Sequence record: ON287376.1
Strand: one strand, 5' to 3'
Length of the DNA: 64,000 bases
Shown here: positions 1 through 11,300 of the stretch, piece by piece
Layout: each line of letters opens with the position of its first letter
Numbering within the stretch: the stretch's first letter is position 1
The notes under the pieces: generated by a model
What the model was told of the DNA's origin: nothing
What the model saw: the letters and a program-made list of their open reading frames with translations, nothing else
Databases searched by the model: none
Made by a program: the position numbers and the translations under genes

Positions 1-1
1 A

Positions 2-1675
2 CGTTTCAAGCGTGACATCTCTAGCGGCTCTATCGAAACCGATTGGTTCTTCGACCCGGTAATGGATATCGCAGACTATAGTCTGACGCTGAACAAAGCC
101 GCTGAGTGGGTGGAAGTAAAAGGTACTGAGTGGTGGCAGACCTGGTTACCAAGCACCCCAGCTTACATTACCATGGTAGGTCCTGGCGGTGTTCGTACCT
201 GTAAGAAACCAGTATGGCTCCGTATGTGGGCCGTGAGCTGGGACTTCCGTGGTACTTTGCTGGACTTCACTGGAGGTGCTGTCGGTCAGACCAACGTCTC
301 CGTAGTCTACGGTCACCGTAACTCTACACTGAGCAACCTGCGCATGTTATCCAGCGTAGCGTTGAAGCAGAAGGGTATCAACGTCTCAACGACTTCCGGT
401 AACATTCACGGTCTGTCCGCAGCGTTCCTGAACTTCAACAACATCTCAATCAACCGTCACGACATTGCTTGGGATCTGGGCGATAACTGCTACCTGAACA
501 ACTGGTTCCAGTGCACCACTCAAGGCTGCCGTCTGCCAATCAACGCACCTAAGTCTGCAAACGCCGGGGAAACTCTGGTATGGACTAAGTGTATCTTCGG
601 TGACGGCATTGGCCCTTACCTGAACACAGGTATGTCGATGACCTTCCACGGTTGCTCGTTCGACTACTCCGGTTACAAAACCGAAGCTGACCAATTGGCT
701 AATGCTGAGAAAGAAGGTTTATTCAATATCGATAACTGTACGGTTCTGATGTATGGTTGCGGTAACGAATATGGTAACTTGAACAGCCGGTGGTCAGGTC
801 CAGTATGGAGAGGTACGGGTATTATCAAGCTCTACGAATGTCAGTGGATCTTGACTACTTCAAGTACAGTCGAACCTAACGAAACGACACCGCACTTGGT
901 ACACAACTACTACTTCGAAGATACTTCTGCCGACCTGTCGTCCAAGGTCTATCTGGAAGGGTTCTACGTCCCTAACCCTGACTTGAACCGATTCTCCGGT
1001 AGTTGGACTAATGGCTGCTTCATCAAAGTCACTGAGTCTTATCCAGGTCGTTATAAGGACATGTGGCGTAACTACACGCTAGGTAAGGGAGCTAACATGT
1101 TAATCTCCCCTAACCCTAACAACGTTGGTTACTTGACCATCAACCGTCCTCGTTGCTCTGGCGGTACTGTGGTTTCTCCTACTGAGACTTCTCTGTTCAA
1201 AGTGACTACTAACGGCAACAAGTTAGTGATCACCAGTTCAGATACTACCAAGGCACCCAAGACCTTCAGTTTCTACACTAAGGGTAAAGCGGGTAACTGG
1301 TACGGTTCTCAGTTGACCGTTAACGGTAACCGTGACATGACCGATGTACGTATTGCAACTAACTGCTTCGGTGTAGTGGGTTACGTAGCTCAGGACAACA
1401 GCATCACCTCGTTGGGCGAGCAACGTCAAACTTGGAACGCCGGTCTTCAGGGTATTAAGACCACGCCTCAGACTACTCCAGGTATGCGCATGACGCAGTT
1501 GGGTACGAGTGAATACCTGCCACTTTGTCCTCCGGGTACCGAGTGGGTTCGTGTCTCTATCGAGATGACTAACTTTGGCATTGCAGCCGGTGAAGCTCCA
1601 GCGGTATTGGAAATCACTGACTTCTACGCTTGCGAAATTGGCATCTGTCGCGACACCAACCACCGCGTTTGGTAA
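2..1675 (+). CDS. Tailspike/depolymerase TSP1 (5'-truncated by window edge)
   Basis: Frame open from base 2; beta-helix-like G/N/C-rich repeats; NAGETLVWTKCIFGD and FHGCSFDYSG motifs shared with TSP2 and TSP9. Confidence 0.75.
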   Translation, partial: RFKRDISSGSIETDWFFDPVMDIADYSLTLNKAAEWVEVKGTEWWQTWLPSTPAYITMVGPGGVRTCKKPVWLRMWAVSWDFRGTLLDFTGGAVGQTNVSVVYGHRNSTLSNLRMLSSVALKQKGINVSTTSGNIHGLSAAFLNFNNISINRHDIAWDLGDNCYLNNWFQCTTQGCRLPINAPKSANAGETLVWTKCIFGDGIGPYLNTGMSMTFHGCSFDYSGYKTEADQLANAEKEGLFNIDNCTVLMYGCGNEYGNLNSRWSGPVWRGTGIIKLYECQWILTTSSTVEPNETTPHLVHNYYFEDTSADLSSKVYLEGFYVPNPDLNRFSGSWTNGCFIKVTESYPGRYKDMWRNYTLGKGANMLISPNPNNVGYLTINRPRCSGGTVVSPTETSLFKVTTNGNKLVITSSDTTKAPKTFSFYTKGKAGNWYGSQLTVNGNRDMTDVRIATNCFGVVGYVAQDNSITSLGEQRQTWNAGLQGIKTTPQTTPGMRMTQLGTSEYLPLCPPGTEWVRVSIEMTNFGIAAGEAPAVLEITDFYACEIGICRDTNHRVW

Positions 1676-1680
1676 AATAG

Positions 1681-1704
1681 AGGAGAGGGCTTCGGCCCTC
1701 TCCT
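1681..1704 (+). terminator. Intrinsic terminator hairpin after TSP1
   Basis: AGGAGAGGGC-TTCG-GCCCTCTCCT. Confidence 0.85.
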
Positions 1705-1710
1705 TATATC

Positions 1711-1721
1711 GTTTCCTATGA
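1711..1721 (+). promoter_or_regulatory. Putative phiKZ-type late promoter (TATG)
   Basis: GTTTCCTATGA 13 nt after terminator, upstream of TSP2. Confidence 0.65.
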
Positions 1722-1751
1722 AATCTAAACAGACTTTGTAAGGTAAATAAA

Positions 1752-4016
1752 ATGGTTGATCAGGTTAAAATATCTGAGCTCGGTAAGGCTACTGTTGTAC
1801 GGGAAAGTGATGTTATTCCTTTAAACAACACCACGACCAGAGGTCTTCCTATTACTAAAGGAGCCAGTGTTGACAACTTAAGAAGTTGTTTCAATTTTGA
1901 ACACGCCTTCTCAAGTGTAGACGAAGGTATTTCCAATACCAATTCTGATGAAGTATTCTACGTTTTTACTGACTCCAATAAAGTGATGGTCGGTAAATAT
2001 ATTAATAGTAATGGCCATGCCTCTATAGTAGTCGGCGAAGACGGTAAACAGGTAACTTACCCGACTGTTAAAGCTAGCGCTAGTATGTCTAGTATTTTTG
2101 AAGCTGACGGGTATAAGGATTTAGGTAAGGTTCAGTACATTGCCGATTTAGTAAATATTGAGCCAAGTAACGATAAACAAAGTATCATTGTAGAACGTTC
2201 AGTAGAAGGCGGCCCTGCTCTCAATTTAATCTACACTTACGATAGTAGATTCCAACAAGGGAATATAGACGGAGTTCTGCGAGTAACCTCCGCCAAAGGT
2301 AAAGTTTGGGTTTTAGATATCTCAAACGGTTTGAATGTCTTTGCGTTCGGATTTGTACCAGAGGCGAACAACTTGGCGCAAACGATCAATAAAGGCGTTA
2401 AATCCCTCGTAGACATGGCTATAACTAATAAAGCGACTTACGGCACATGCTCTCATTTACTGGTACCTGGCGTCAATCCTGCAACCGGCTTAGCCAAGTA
2501 CGTAATGACCGAGACAATTAAACTCCCTAGCTTCATTGGCTTGAGGTTTACTTGTTCGACTCTCCTCGATTATTCAGGTAATGACATTGACGGGATTACG
2601 GTCAATAATACCATGTTCCCTAATGCTACAGATGCCAACCTTATTAGTTGGTACAATACTCAATCGAATGGCGTCACTGTCATTGAATGTCCAGGTAAGG
2701 TCATCGTAAAAGGAGTTGGGTCGGATACCTCTACCGCACACGGAGTTTGGGTGGGTAATACTGTAAAAGGGTTTATCAACTGCCGTGACGTATTAGTTTC
2801 AGATGTAACTATTATCGGATTCAAATACGGCCTACGTCATGATGGGGTGGATAGTTACCTGAACTCTTTCCGTAGGGTAGTCTGTGCCAGGAATTTTAAC
2901 TCGGTTTACTTTAAAGGTACCGGAACTGGTAACGCCGGAGAAAAAATTTCATTCTTCGAATGTCTATTCAGCGACACCTCTTCATCCAACATTGTCCTTG
3001 ATATTTTTGCGTTTGAGTTAACCTTCGATAATTGTAGTTTTGACTATCAGAAAGGCGATGTATTCTTCTTAGGTAAGAGTACAACTCACGGATGGGTTAA
3101 AATTACCAATTCCCATATCGAAGGATTCGATGGTTATCTTATCAACCAACCGGATAAGTGGACGGGTACCGGACAGAAGTTCTACTTCGTCAATACCCAG
3201 GTTTGGGGCGTATACGCCACAATTCCATATAGTCCACCACGTAAACTCTTCGACGCAGAATTGGGAGCATTCTACGTTAGCTTCCAGGATTCCCCGGTAA
3301 ACTTCCGGAATAAGGGTACTAAGGACTACGGGACATTAACTGGATTTGGTAAAACGAATGACAGTAGTTCAGTTACTGGCCAGTTCACTGTGAATAGCTC
3401 CAGAACCGATCCATGTTACTTGATAAGCTATAACCTTGCTGATAACCGTAGGTATCGTTTTACCGGTACAGAAGGCGTAGTATTACCTAACCCGGAACCT
3501 AGCACTGGGATTTCCTACATTACCCGCAACGGTGCAGTAGAAGTCACCTATGGCAAAATTGGGGCAGACGGGCTTCAGAGCGTTGTTATCAACTCTAGTG
3601 ATGTCGGTGCTGAGGTAGACTTCGTCTTCCCTGAAAGGGTCCCGGTCGGTCCACGAGATACCTTTAATAGCATGATATCAGTTAAGCAAGGTAGTGCGAC
3701 TGGTGATGTGAAAGTGTTCGGTATTGCGCGCTGCTTTACAGACCCAACTATGACAGGTAAGAAGAACTCTGCTGACGATAACGTAGTGATCACCACTAAC
3801 TATCCAGTACTAGGTACAACCGCCGATCGTAACTTCCTCCTTTCAGAAGCACTAGGTGAAGTAGGTACTAACGTGACCCGTATCGATTTCGTCGCAACCC
3901 CTCCATTAACATCAACGTTATGGAACGCTGTTAAGAGCGCCAGTATTGGTCTTCGTATTACTGGCTTCACCGGTTCAATCGAGATCAAACTACCAGTGTA
4001 CTGGAAGGTAAAATAA
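1752..4016 (+). CDS. Tailspike/depolymerase TSP2 (754 aa)
   Basis: N-terminal KISELG anchor shared across the array; beta-helix body with NAGEKISFFECLFSD and FDNCSFDY. Confidence 0.8.
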   Translation: MVDQVKISELGKATVVRESDVIPLNNTTTRGLPITKGASVDNLRSCFNFEHAFSSVDEGISNTNSDEVFYVFTDSNKVMVGKYINSNGHASIVVGEDGKQVTYPTVKASASMSSIFEADGYKDLGKVQYIADLVNIEPSNDKQSIIVERSVEGGPALNLIYTYDSRFQQGNIDGVLRVTSAKGKVWVLDISNGLNVFAFGFVPEANNLAQTINKGVKSLVDMAITNKATYGTCSHLLVPGVNPATGLAKYVMTETIKLPSFIGLRFTCSTLLDYSGNDIDGITVNNTMFPNATDANLISWYNTQSNGVTVIECPGKVIVKGVGSDTSTAHGVWVGNTVKGFINCRDVLVSDVTIIGFKYGLRHDGVDSYLNSFRRVVCARNFNSVYFKGTGTGNAGEKISFFECLFSDTSSSNIVLDIFAFELTFDNCSFDYQKGDVFFLGKSTTHGWVKITNSHIEGFDGYLINQPDKWTGTGQKFYFVNTQVWGVYATIPYSPPRKLFDAELGAFYVSFQDSPVNFRNKGTKDYGTLTGFGKTNDSSSVTGQFTVNSSRTDPCYLISYNLADNRRYRFTGTEGVVLPNPEPSTGISYITRNGAVEVTYGKIGADGLQSVVINSSDVGAEVDFVFPERVPVGPRDTFNSMISVKQGSATGDVKVFGIARCFTDPTMTGKKNSADDNVVITTNYPVLGTTADRNFLLSEALGEVGTNVTRIDFVATPPLTSTLWNAVKSASIGLRITGFTGSIEIKLPVYWKVK

Positions 4017-4025
4017 TTTTATCAG

Positions 4026-4039
4026 GGGGCTTCGGCCCC
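4026..4039 (+). terminator. Short hairpin after TSP2
   Basis: GGGGC-TTCG-GCCCC, no U-tract. Confidence 0.45.
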
Positions 4040-4057
4040 AATAACGAGGCTGAGAGA

Positions 4058-6190
4058 ATGCCAGTATCACCGACGAAATATACTAAGATCTCCGACTTAC
4101 CTAAAAAGGAAGTTATGGAGAACGATCAGTTTATCATTAATACCAACGACACTAAGCTGGATCAAACGAGCGTAGCTTCTCTCTACGATATTCGTGAGGG
4201 CGTCTACTTCAGTAACGCAGCTAACACTATCACCGAAGGTCTGGCCTCCGTGGACGATGACGAGATGTTCTTTGTCTACGACACTACAGCTAAGTTCTCT
4301 GTCCTTCAGTACATGAAGGTTCGTAACCAGGCATCACCTGTCATTGGTTCCGATGGCAAACAACGCCGTTTCCCTACTTATCTTTCCATGTTGAATGTAA
4401 CTGCTATCTCGGAAACGTCCGGTTACGACATCATCGGTAAGGTTGACAATTTCGCCGCTCTACGTTCTATCAAACCTACCTACACAGGTCAGCGCGTTAT
4501 CCTGGCTGGGTATTTCTCTGGTAGCTCTTTGGGATCCGGGGAATTTGTGGGGTACGCAGGGACAGCTAACGATGATGGCGGTACTACTGCCTCAGGTGAT
4601 GGCTTTTATTGGAAGCGGAACAAGACTGCCTTTACGCTCGAAGATTTCGGTGGCGGTCAAGTAGACGATACTGAAGCAATGCGTGCATCTCAGAAAGCAC
4701 AAGTAGGCCCTATTACCCTCTCCCCAGGTAAAACCTATTATTACTCATCCCCGGTAAAACATTATTCTAAAGCCGGCTGGATTGGTAACGGTGCTTCTAT
4801 CGTATTCAGAGGGACAGGTAACCGAATTCCGTTTATCTCTTCTCCGACTACAGCCGCTGGCGTTGATAACGACCGCGCAAACGGAAGTACTGCCGTAACT
4901 GGAGCTATCTTTAAAGACCTGACTATTGACGTCAACTATGTCGATACTACGGGTGCATTAGGCTTTGAGTTTGGCGAGAACACGTTAGACAACTGGACGA
5001 ATTGCGTCTTTACTAACGTGACATTCAAGAACGGTAAGTTCGATAACTTGGGGCTGCAGAATAACTCCACCGATAACCAGTTTATCCGCTGTACTTTCAT
5101 TAACGCAGGTGAAGACTCGGTTACTGTACGCGGCGGTTGTCTCCGTAATGAGTTTGTTGAATGTGATGTTGTCAATAGCGCCCAGGTAGCTCACCGAGAC
5201 GGAACCTTCTACGGAGACGGTATCGTCAACAAAGGTCGTGATACCTTGATCAAAAGCTGTCGTTTCATCAATATCGGTAATGGTAAGAAAGGCGCGGGTA
5301 TTGCGAATAACGCTGAAGATACCAAGAACGCTGACGAAGCTAGTAACGGTACTTACCTCAACAACTATTTCATTAACTGTTATGGCGGTTTTGGTTTCGG
5401 TACGGTTAACCCAGACTTCATCGCAGCAGGTGATTTGATTAAAGGTATCAAGGCTATTGGAAACGTATTTGTGAATACGCTTCGAACCGTGATAGGTATT
5501 CGTGATCTTTACCAACCGGTTCTGTTGGATAACGTTATCCTTACCCAGACCACCGGTAACGTAACCACGATTGAGATTACCAACTGCACCAACTTCCAAA
5601 TGACCGGTCGTGTTACAGATGCCGCTGGCTCCGCTATTACGATTACGTCTTCCTCGGGTAAAGTTGATTTGGTGGCGGATAATGTCTCCACGACCAAGAC
5701 ACTCAACGGGGTGGTTATTACCGACAGTAATCGGATTACGGGCAGTATCCGTTTGATCAATGCTCAACGCCGCGGCTGTACTTTCTCTAACTGTAACAAC
5801 ATGGACTTAGACCTCTACGTTGAGTCGCCTGCACAGGACGCGCTGGAAGCAGTTGGCTGTCGTTACTCTAACTTAGATGTTAAGTTGGTGAACGTCCCTG
5901 AACACGGTATGACATTGAACGGCGTTGTTGAAAGTAATATCAAGTTCAACATCAATGATGCGGGAGTTAAAACTCCATCTGCATTTTATCCGATCCGGTT
6001 ACTGGGTGTACGTAACAGTATCCTCAGCGGAGTATCGTCTTCGGCTAATGCGAATAAACCACTTTACGATATTACATCCGATGCTAATAACGTAAACGTA
6101 TTAATCGCCAATAGTCGTCTTGGAGCGGGTACTACGGGTAAAGTACAGGTTGGTCAAGGGTCTACTATTACCCAGAACAATATCATCTAG
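4058..6190 (+). CDS. Tailspike/depolymerase TSP3 (710 aa)
   Basis: KISDLP anchor, LRSIKP...GSGEF...DDGG...W linker, LEDFGGGQVDDTEAM (pectate-lyase-3-like start), then beta-helix repeats. Confidence 0.85.
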   Translation: MPVSPTKYTKISDLPKKEVMENDQFIINTNDTKLDQTSVASLYDIREGVYFSNAANTITEGLASVDDDEMFFVYDTTAKFSVLQYMKVRNQASPVIGSDGKQRRFPTYLSMLNVTAISETSGYDIIGKVDNFAALRSIKPTYTGQRVILAGYFSGSSLGSGEFVGYAGTANDDGGTTASGDGFYWKRNKTAFTLEDFGGGQVDDTEAMRASQKAQVGPITLSPGKTYYYSSPVKHYSKAGWIGNGASIVFRGTGNRIPFISSPTTAAGVDNDRANGSTAVTGAIFKDLTIDVNYVDTTGALGFEFGENTLDNWTNCVFTNVTFKNGKFDNLGLQNNSTDNQFIRCTFINAGEDSVTVRGGCLRNEFVECDVVNSAQVAHRDGTFYGDGIVNKGRDTLIKSCRFINIGNGKKGAGIANNAEDTKNADEASNGTYLNNYFINCYGGFGFGTVNPDFIAAGDLIKGIKAIGNVFVNTLRTVIGIRDLYQPVLLDNVILTQTTGNVTTIEITNCTNFQMTGRVTDAAGSAITITSSSGKVDLVADNVSTTKTLNGVVITDSNRITGSIRLINAQRRGCTFSNCNNMDLDLYVESPAQDALEAVGCRYSNLDVKLVNVPEHGMTLNGVVESNIKFNINDAGVKTPSAFYPIRLLGVRNSILSGVSSSANANKPLYDITSDANNVNVLIANSRLGAGTTGKVQVGQGSTITQNNII

Positions 6191-6195
6191 TCATA
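6191..6195 (-). promoter_or_regulatory. Antisense TATGA between TSP3 stop and hairpin
   Basis: TCATA 1 nt before the stem. Confidence 0.4.
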
Positions 6196-6196
6196 C

Positions 6197-6216
6197 GGCC
6201 AGGGGTTTCCCTGGCC
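6197..6216 (+). terminator. Hairpin after TSP3
   Basis: GGCCAGGG-GTTT-CCCTGGCC. Confidence 0.75.
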
Positions 6217-6222
6217 TATGTT

Positions 6223-6233
6223 TGTTCATATGA
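6223..6233 (+). promoter_or_regulatory. Putative late promoter (TATG)
   Basis: TGTTCATATGA after terminator, upstream of TSP4. Confidence 0.6.
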
Positions 6234-6265
6234 CAGTTTCCTAAAACAATCAGGATAAGTATACA

Positions 6266-8278
6266 ATGGCCGATAAATCACCAGTTAAAATATCTCAGTT
6301 ACCCGAACCTACCGGGACTGGGATTAACGATAGCGATATCTTCGCGGCATCTCGTATAACGGGAGCAGATAAGTTAGAGACTCAACGTATCACTGTCAGC
6401 GAATTGCGTAAGCTGATGGATTACGGTAACGCATTCTCTGACTTGAACGCAGCTATTGCAGCAACCGTTAAAGATCAACAGTTTTACGTATTCGTTGATG
6501 ACTCGAAAGAGTTCGTTTACCGTTACGTGAACATGGGTGGGATTGCATCCCCGGTTCTCGATATGTCAGGGAATCCGCTCAGGGAACCAACCAAAGAACT
6601 TGTTAAACATCTTGAACAAATACGTTCTAGTGTCGGGTTCGGATTGATTGGCCAGATCAAATCATTCGATGAGTTACGAGCAACAGAACCTACCTTCCCT
6701 GGCCAGCGAGTTTTACTCAGCGGATATCGAGAAGGCGCTAACTACGGTGGCGGAGAATTCTTCCATGACGTATCGGATAAAAATGCAGCAGATAACTCCG
6801 GTACAGTGGCAGTTACTCCGGGAGGAGCCCGTTGGAAACGCGTTATCGTTGATACATCTACCAACCATGCCGAGTGGTGGGGTGTGCATTATTCTCAGGC
6901 AGATAACGCCATTGCACTGAAGAAAGCGGCCGATGCATCCCGTAAAAAGATACTGATGCTTCCTCAGGGAAGTAACGCTAACCCAATTGTAATTCGTACC
7001 CCGATCGTATTCCAGACTAACTGTGGGATTAAACTTCGCGGTTGTGGCGTCAAAGACTCAACTACAATCTCCGTTCAGATCGGGCCAGGTTACGAAACCT
7101 ACGGAGCTCTTCACTTCCCAGGCCGTAACCCCACTACCAATGCCATGGAGGCAGGTTTCGCTGGGATTGAAATAAGTAATATTCAGCTGTTAGGTAACAT
7201 GAGTACTTGCCGCGGTATATACCTTCAATACCAATATCAGTCTCTGTTCAGCTACGTTAACGTAGAGCGTTTCAACGGAGCTGGTCTTTATCTCGATAAA
7301 AGTCAGGATAGCGATTTCAACTTCTTTAACGTATGGGATTGCGGTCGTACGTCGGGAGATCGTACCTCTAACGTCGATACCTTCGACATGACTAAAACGG
7401 TAGAGTCGCCTATCGTTGCAGTCAGTACTATATCCAATGACTTCTGTAACTACCTTCGTTTTAACGACTGTCAATTTGAAGACAACCACGTTTGCCCAGT
7501 GATGGATCTTAACTGGGGTATCGAGAACTACATCAATAACTGCCATGTTGAGTTTAACGCTAACTGGGACATCAAAGGTGCACCTACACCTTACTTCCTT
7601 AAGATGCAACAGGGTGTAACTAAAATCAATGGCGGTGGTATTGCCGAATACCAGGGGATCCAACACAACTACGGGGAGCTATATCTTCGCGATGTACGGT
7701 GCTCCCCAGGTATTGTGTACACGATGCTAAACGACGTGACTAGCCGCGCCGAATTCCACGGGATAAGTTTCTACTCTATCCCAGGTCTGGCTCGTAAACG
7801 TTTCACTAAGTTCGAGTACTGTAACTTTTCTCAACCAGTTACGTTGGCGTACCCTAACTCAGATATCTGGTTTGATAAATGTACTTTCGTCGGTGACTTC
7901 ACAACGACCCATGCCGGAGCTGATCTTCGGATGACTATCAGAAGTTGCTATTTCGGTGCCAATGTAACTATTGCCGACGATACGACTAATGTGTTCATGG
8001 ATGGATGTTATATAACTGGGGATGCTAACTATGGTTCCGGTGGTGGGATGTGGGGTAATAACAAAGTCCTTGGTACGTTTACTCAAACAAGTAACGGAGT
8101 CCGTTGGGTAACACCTACGTTCAAACAGGTAGTTGGTACAAGTGCCCCGACTACTGGATCATTCAGAGTAGGTGATTTGTGTTGGAATACTGCACCCACT
8201 GCAGGCGGAGTTACTCACTGGCGATGCGTTACAGCAGGTAGCCCTGGTACCTGGCGCGCAGTCTCCATCGTTTCCTAA
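6266..8278 (+). CDS. Tailspike/depolymerase TSP4 (670 aa)
   Basis: KISQLP anchor and GGGEF linker; C-terminal APTTGSFRVGDLCWNTAPTAGGVTHWRCVTAGSPGTW module typical of tailspikes. Confidence 0.85.
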   Translation: MADKSPVKISQLPEPTGTGINDSDIFAASRITGADKLETQRITVSELRKLMDYGNAFSDLNAAIAATVKDQQFYVFVDDSKEFVYRYVNMGGIASPVLDMSGNPLREPTKELVKHLEQIRSSVGFGLIGQIKSFDELRATEPTFPGQRVLLSGYREGANYGGGEFFHDVSDKNAADNSGTVAVTPGGARWKRVIVDTSTNHAEWWGVHYSQADNAIALKKAADASRKKILMLPQGSNANPIVIRTPIVFQTNCGIKLRGCGVKDSTTISVQIGPGYETYGALHFPGRNPTTNAMEAGFAGIEISNIQLLGNMSTCRGIYLQYQYQSLFSYVNVERFNGAGLYLDKSQDSDFNFFNVWDCGRTSGDRTSNVDTFDMTKTVESPIVAVSTISNDFCNYLRFNDCQFEDNHVCPVMDLNWGIENYINNCHVEFNANWDIKGAPTPYFLKMQQGVTKINGGGIAEYQGIQHNYGELYLRDVRCSPGIVYTMLNDVTSRAEFHGISFYSIPGLARKRFTKFEYCNFSQPVTLAYPNSDIWFDKCTFVGDFTTTHAGADLRMTIRSCYFGANVTIADDTTNVFMDGCYITGDANYGSGGGMWGNNKVLGTFTQTSNGVRWVTPTFKQVVGTSAPTTGSFRVGDLCWNTAPTAGGVTHWRCVTAGSPGTWRAVSIVS

Positions 8279-8282
8279 AACC

Positions 8283-8304
8283 AGAGGAGGGGAAACCCTC
8301 CTCT
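8283..8304 (+). terminator. Terminator after TSP4
   Basis: AGAGGAGGG-GAAA-CCCTCCTCT plus T-tract. Confidence 0.85.
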
Positions 8305-8313
8305 TTTATTTTG

Positions 8314-8324
8314 GGTTCCTATGA
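8314..8324 (+). promoter_or_regulatory. Putative late promoter (TATG)
   Basis: GGTTCCTATGA upstream of TSP5. Confidence 0.65.
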
Positions 8325-8355
8325 ATATTTACACAATACCATGAGGCTCACGTCC

Positions 8356-11300
8356 ATGTCAGATAACGATTTACAATTGCGCATTACCGAGTTGCCGAAG
8401 TTAGACCACTTCGATTCCAACTCTGTTCTCCCTGCGGTAGGGCGTAGTCAAGGCGCTAAGATGACGGGTAAAGTTAACTTCCGCGAAATGCGGAGTTACT
8501 TCGATTTGTCAAACGCCTACGAAACTATTAAGGACGGTGTCGATGCCACTAAGCTAGGCGATACGTTCTTCGTCTACTCTGATGGCACCAGAGTATTCGC
8601 CAACGAATACCAGAACATTGGCGGTGCCGCTACCCCAGTCCAAGATCCCAAAGAAGGAGTCATCTATTACCCAACGCGTATGGGTATTGTAGGCAGTCTG
8701 GCTGTCGGGGCCACCGTAGGCAGCTTTGATGAACTCCGTAACACCCGCCCATTAAAAGAGGGTGTTAGCATTTATCTCAGTAGCTATTATAAAGGCCTTA
8801 ATAAAGGTGGTGGTGAGTTTATTGGTTATTACGGTAAACGCGCCGACGATGGCGGTATGGTAGCTGGTGACGGGAGTAACTACTACTGGGTACGTAACAC
8901 TAACTTCGTCACTCCGGAAATGTTCGGTGCTTACGGTACTCCAGATAAAGACGACTCCGCTGCTATTGAAGGAGCGTTGAACTCCGGCTTAGATGTCCAG
9001 TTCGATGGTAGTGCTACTTATATCGCAAACCGTACTCTTGTCCTGAAGTCAATCAAATGGCAACAGTTCATCGACGGCAACGGAGCTTGGATCAAGTATT
9101 CCGATAAATCCCGTGGTTTGATTAACGAGATTGACGCCAATGGTGTTACTCAACGTTACACGAAGTTCCGTAGCTTCTTCAACTTAAATCTCCAGGGCCC
9201 TGCCACTAAGAACTCTAAGTGGAACGATGTTAACCAGTGCGATGCTTTGTGCATTAGTTACGGTGTAGTTGAGAACTGTAACTTCTACGGTTGGTCTAAC
9301 GCCCTGCGTGGTTTTGGTGAAGCCTACGTGAACAACTGCTTCGGCGACGACCTTCGTACAGCAATGTTCTCTTGCTACGATCCAGGGTATAACGAAATCA
9401 CTAACAGCTCGGTCGGTTGGTGTTCTGGTGACGCGATCATCCTTAAAGGTGGTTCAGGTAAAGCTCACAACGTCGATATCGTCTACGCAGGCTGTATTGA
9501 CAAAAACAACGAAGACGGCGCTACGGCTCTCCCAGGTTGCATTGTGTCATGTGGCGCAGATGGGGCCGGTTCTCAAAACATCCAGATCTCCAACATCAGT
9601 TGCCAATACTTCGGTTGCGCTGGTCTGAACATCCAGGGCGACGGTGTAACAGTTTCCGGTGACATGAACCTGGGTTCTATCTACGAAGATAACTTCCAGT
9701 ACGCTAACCAAGCGGCTGCTTTGTGGATTGGCGCTAAGAACTTCACCATCGGTAACCTGCACTTTAACAAAGTACACGTCGGTGTAGGGATCAACGGTAA
9801 CTGTGCGAATGGTTCGATCGGTAAGATTCGGATCATGAGCAAAACCAACCTGGCAGGATCTACTCTGTTCTCGGCAACAGATGGTCCTAACTCCCAGATT
9901 ACTAAAGTTATCGTGGACGCAATCGACTTCCTCGGCGCCTCTACGATTAACAACGACGTTTACATCAACACCGATGGTCTGTATCTGAAATCGTTCTATA
10001 TCCAATCCTTGAACAACCTTCAGGGCGGTTATACGGTTTCTCTGCGTAAGAACGCCCGTATCGGTAAAATGATTCTGGCGGCTACGACTTCAGCAAGTAC
10101 AAGTCCGGTAATGCTCATCGAGAGCGATTCCGTCATCGATGAACTGGAGTTCCGTCGTAACTTCGGTACTGCATTGGTTGTTGAGAATAATGCTCGTCCG
10201 GTAATCAAACGTCTTTCCTTCCAGTACAAACAAGGTGTCGCGGCTCCATTCGTTATTAAAGGTGACGGAACCATGACCTTGAACTGGGGCGACGTCGATA
10301 TGTTCGGCCCGAGCGTGGCTCGTCCTCAGATCGCCGGTAAGCTCGTAATGAACTCTTACCAAGGCCCTACGTTCCGCCCGTTTGATGCAGCCGTATATGC
10401 CGGCGTAAGTTACCCTAATCGTTCAGTGGATTTTGTCGAAGAACTTCGAATGGTAGGTCCTGCTAAAGAAGGGGATCAGATAGAACTTAAGAGCTACGTG
10501 GCAGGTAAAGGAATAGGGGGCGGTAATTTCATCGGGACGTTGATTACAGCTCCTGATGATGGTGGTATGGCGATTACCGGTAACGGTTACAGCTGGCTTC
10601 GTCAAGTTCAGGACAAACGTGTTAACGTAGAACACTTTGGGGCTATCGGCGATTACGGGAGGATAACTTTGAAGGGTACTGATAGTACGGTAGCCTTAGC
10701 TAACGCGATCGCAGCCGCTAAACGCTTAGGGTACTCTATATTCTTCCCATGTTCAAAGATCAACGAGGGTTACTACACGACTAAAATGTTAGTAATGACC
10801 GGGATTATGAACATAGTCGGAGATAGTATTCGTATTTACGTTGCATCTGACAAGTTCGATAAAACTAGCGGCAGTTACGTGTTATGTTGGGGTAATCCAG
10901 ATACCGATTATAAGGACATCAGTGGGTGGCCTAATATAGCCGATATTCACGTAGAGGACGTTTCTAAACGCGCATCGCCAATGAGCGGTATTTTCTTTAA
11001 ATTCACTGGTGGTAATGTCGGCAGGATTTCCGCGCGCGCATTCGATGGGGCTGGTTACCAGTTTGGTCCAGTGTACGACTCGGTATTCGCTGGGTTGGTG
11101 ACCGAACGCTGCGGTAACGAGACGACCTACTCTCAGTACTGGAGAGGCAATGGAGACGAGACTAACTCAATAACAGTTAGTAACATTCTCTGTCATGATG
11201 CGTATCATAAGGGCGTCTCGATTAACGGTTCTAAGCACAACATCGAGCGTGTCCACATTGAAGCAACCGCTACGTTGGTAACCGATGACGGTTATACCGG